Assembly (NCBI GenBank): GCA_009914755.4
Contig: CP068257.2
Coordinates: 33,568,001 to 33,632,000 of the forward strand
Direction of reading: 5' to 3'
Source of the DNA: the human T2T-CHM13v2.0 reference genome, Homo sapiens
Length of the DNA: 64,000 nt
The notes beneath the pieces were generated by a model. That model worked only from the letters and a program-made list of their open reading frames with translations. It was not told where the DNA came from and made no database searches. Below are positions 62,470-64,000 of this stretch, piece by piece. The translations under genes were made by a program, and so were the position numbers. The first letter of the stretch is position 1. Every line of letters starts with the position of its first letter.

Positions 62470-62620
62470 AGGAAGTAGGTAATATTATCGCTATCCCTGT
62501 CTTAGAAATGAGAAAACTGAAACACAGATAGATGAAAACTTGCCAAGGTCATTTGCTAATAAATGGTGGAGTCAGAATATAATCCCACGCAGCCTGGCTC
62601 CAGATCCTGTGGCACTGACT
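62470..62620 (-). mobile_element. MIR SINE fragment
   Basis: tcgctatccctgtcttagaaatgagaaaactgaaacacagatagatgaaaacttgccaaggtcatttgctaataaatggtggagtcagaatataatcccacgcagcctggctccagatc matches the MIR reverse complement (core plus 5' part). Confidence 0.5.
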
Positions 62621-63399
62621 ATTACAACATACAGCCTCACAAACAAATAATATCAATGGCAAGTTGATCAGTAAAACAATAGAGATGAGAGAGAGGGCAT
62701 CATGCACAGGGTGCCATGCAAACATCAAAGTGATAGTCTCCTTTGAATGGGATGGAAAGTGCTTGCTGATTCGGCAACATTTTATCTTAGCTTATATTAA
62801 TAATAATAGCTAACATTTGCAATCTCCCTACGTATGTTACCTCTGGTTGCAAAACAATCCAAAACTTAATGGCTTGAAACAATAAGAACTCATTGATACT
62901 CATTAGAGTGGAGGATATGGGATGGATTTCCTGGAAGAGGCTAGGCTCAATTGTGTACCTGTGGTCCATTTCAATTCAGGTGGGCAGCTCTGCTAATTGA
63001 GCCTGGACTCCCTCACATGTCTGGGGGTTGGCTGGCTATGGGTTGTGCTGCCTCAGTCACACTCACATGCACTCATCCTCCAGCATGCTAGCCCAGGCTT
63101 CTCACAAAGACTGGCAGGCTTCCCTTAGGAAGCAGCCAACTGGCCAGGCATGACTTCTACTGCAAACTGGCCGGACATGACTTGTATTGCAAACTGGCCA
63201 GGCATTACTTCTACTGCGTTCTACTGGGCAATGCAAGACACAGGGAATTCAATAGGAATCAAAGGGGAAAGATTCAAGGAAAAGTAGGCTCTACTTTTTG
63301 ATGGAAAAAGACAAGAAGTCACAATGTAAAGGGTCTGGGACACGGGAAGCGCAGAGAATCGGGAACATTTTAGTTATCAATTGACCACAACATATATTC

Positions 63400-63560
63400 G
63401 TTCATTTTAACCTCACAGCAAACCTCTAATCTAGATAACATCATCGTATAGCCATCCCTTGGTATCCGTGGGGTAATTGCTTCCAGGATCCCTCTCAGAA
63501 ACCCAAATCTGTGGATGCTCACATCTCTTTTAAAAAACAGCCCTCAGAGAGCTGACGGTA
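63400..63560. mobile_element. Possible Tigger/MER-type (pogo-like) DNA transposon fragment
   Basis: ccatcccttggtatccgtggggtaattgcttccaggatccctctcagaaacccaaatctgtggatgctcacatctc resembles a motif I recall from human Tigger/MER elements (cccttggtatccgtgggggattggttccaggaccc...ccaaaatccgcggatgctcaagtccc). Memory-based, not verified. Confidence 0.3.
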
Positions 63561-64000
63561 CTCACTTGCTAGCTGAGTAAACAGTGGAGCTAGAACCAGC
63601 ACCAGGAGCCCCTTGATGCCAGAGCCTGTAAGGGCAGCATCCTGTGTGCACACAGCTCACAGGCAGAGTGGGGCCACAGGGATTCTCCACTGCCTCTGTC
63701 TCACAGAAACACAGCCACATGATATGGAGACTCACGAGGCTTGGGGGTGAACAGAAGTCAAAATGTGGTTCCTGGCAACAAGACCTGAAGGTGCAGATCA
63801 CAGTGAACTATGAAGGATCTGATGCAGTCCAAGAGAGAAATAAGTGACTGAACCAAGGCTGAGATGATTAGAAGAGAGAAGAATCGAGAGACAGTTAAGA
63901 GGTAGTATGGACAGGGTGTGGCCACTGGCTGGATGTAAACGGTAAGAGAGAGGGGAGATTTGAGGAGCATGAAAAGATGGAGATAACGTTAACAAAATAG

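Overview
This window reads as primate (most likely human) nuclear DNA, not a prokaryotic or viral locus. It is AT-rich and strongly CpG-depleted, and it is saturated with primate-specific retrotransposons. I count nine Alu SINEs or fragments, seven of them bracketed by 8-19 bp target-site duplications (TSDs). Three young L1 pieces are present: an ORF2 fragment at the window start, and two 3' ends with A-tails and TSDs. Older mammalian repeats fill much of the rest. These include at least ten MIR SINE copies, two MaLR/THE1-type solo LTRs in opposite orientation, and L2/MIR-related debris. Many microsatellites and homopolymers are also present: (CA)n, (GT)n, (GA)n, (TA)n, (TAA)n, (CAAA)n, poly-T, poly-G, and a 220 bp (TTCC/CTT)n polypurine-polypyrimidine tract.

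I cannot support any protein-coding gene, rRNA, tRNA, CRISPR array or defence/biosynthetic system. The ORF track consists of short ORFs of 141 aa or less. They lie in repeats, in low-complexity DNA (the 21.2-21.6 kb ORFs translate the TTCC tract), or in unconstrained sequence. Some tracked ORFs start at GTG, so the track was built with a bacterial start-codon set, which does not apply to this DNA. Eukaryotic exons would not appear as long ORFs, so undetected exons or ncRNA exons remain possible. The most plausible reading is an intronic or intergenic, possibly regulatory, stretch of a primate chromosome.

The less ordinary observations are these:
- a 2.6 kb local rearrangement at 32.6-37.0 kb, made of a 238 bp direct repeat flanking nested L1 insertions plus a roughly 250 bp inverted repeat;
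- short CpG-retaining non-repeat blocks at 19.7-20.1 kb, 23.13-23.21 kb and 54.4-55.1 kb that look like constrained or unmethylated regulatory sequence;
- the long GGAA-type microsatellite at 21.39-21.61 kb;
- an AT-rich minisatellite-like expansion behind an Alu tail at 43.26-43.66 kb.

Repeat boundaries were mostly read by eye and are good to about 3-20 bp for most repeats; boundaries stated to the base (TSDs, several Alus, the direct-repeat copies) are approximations within that tolerance.
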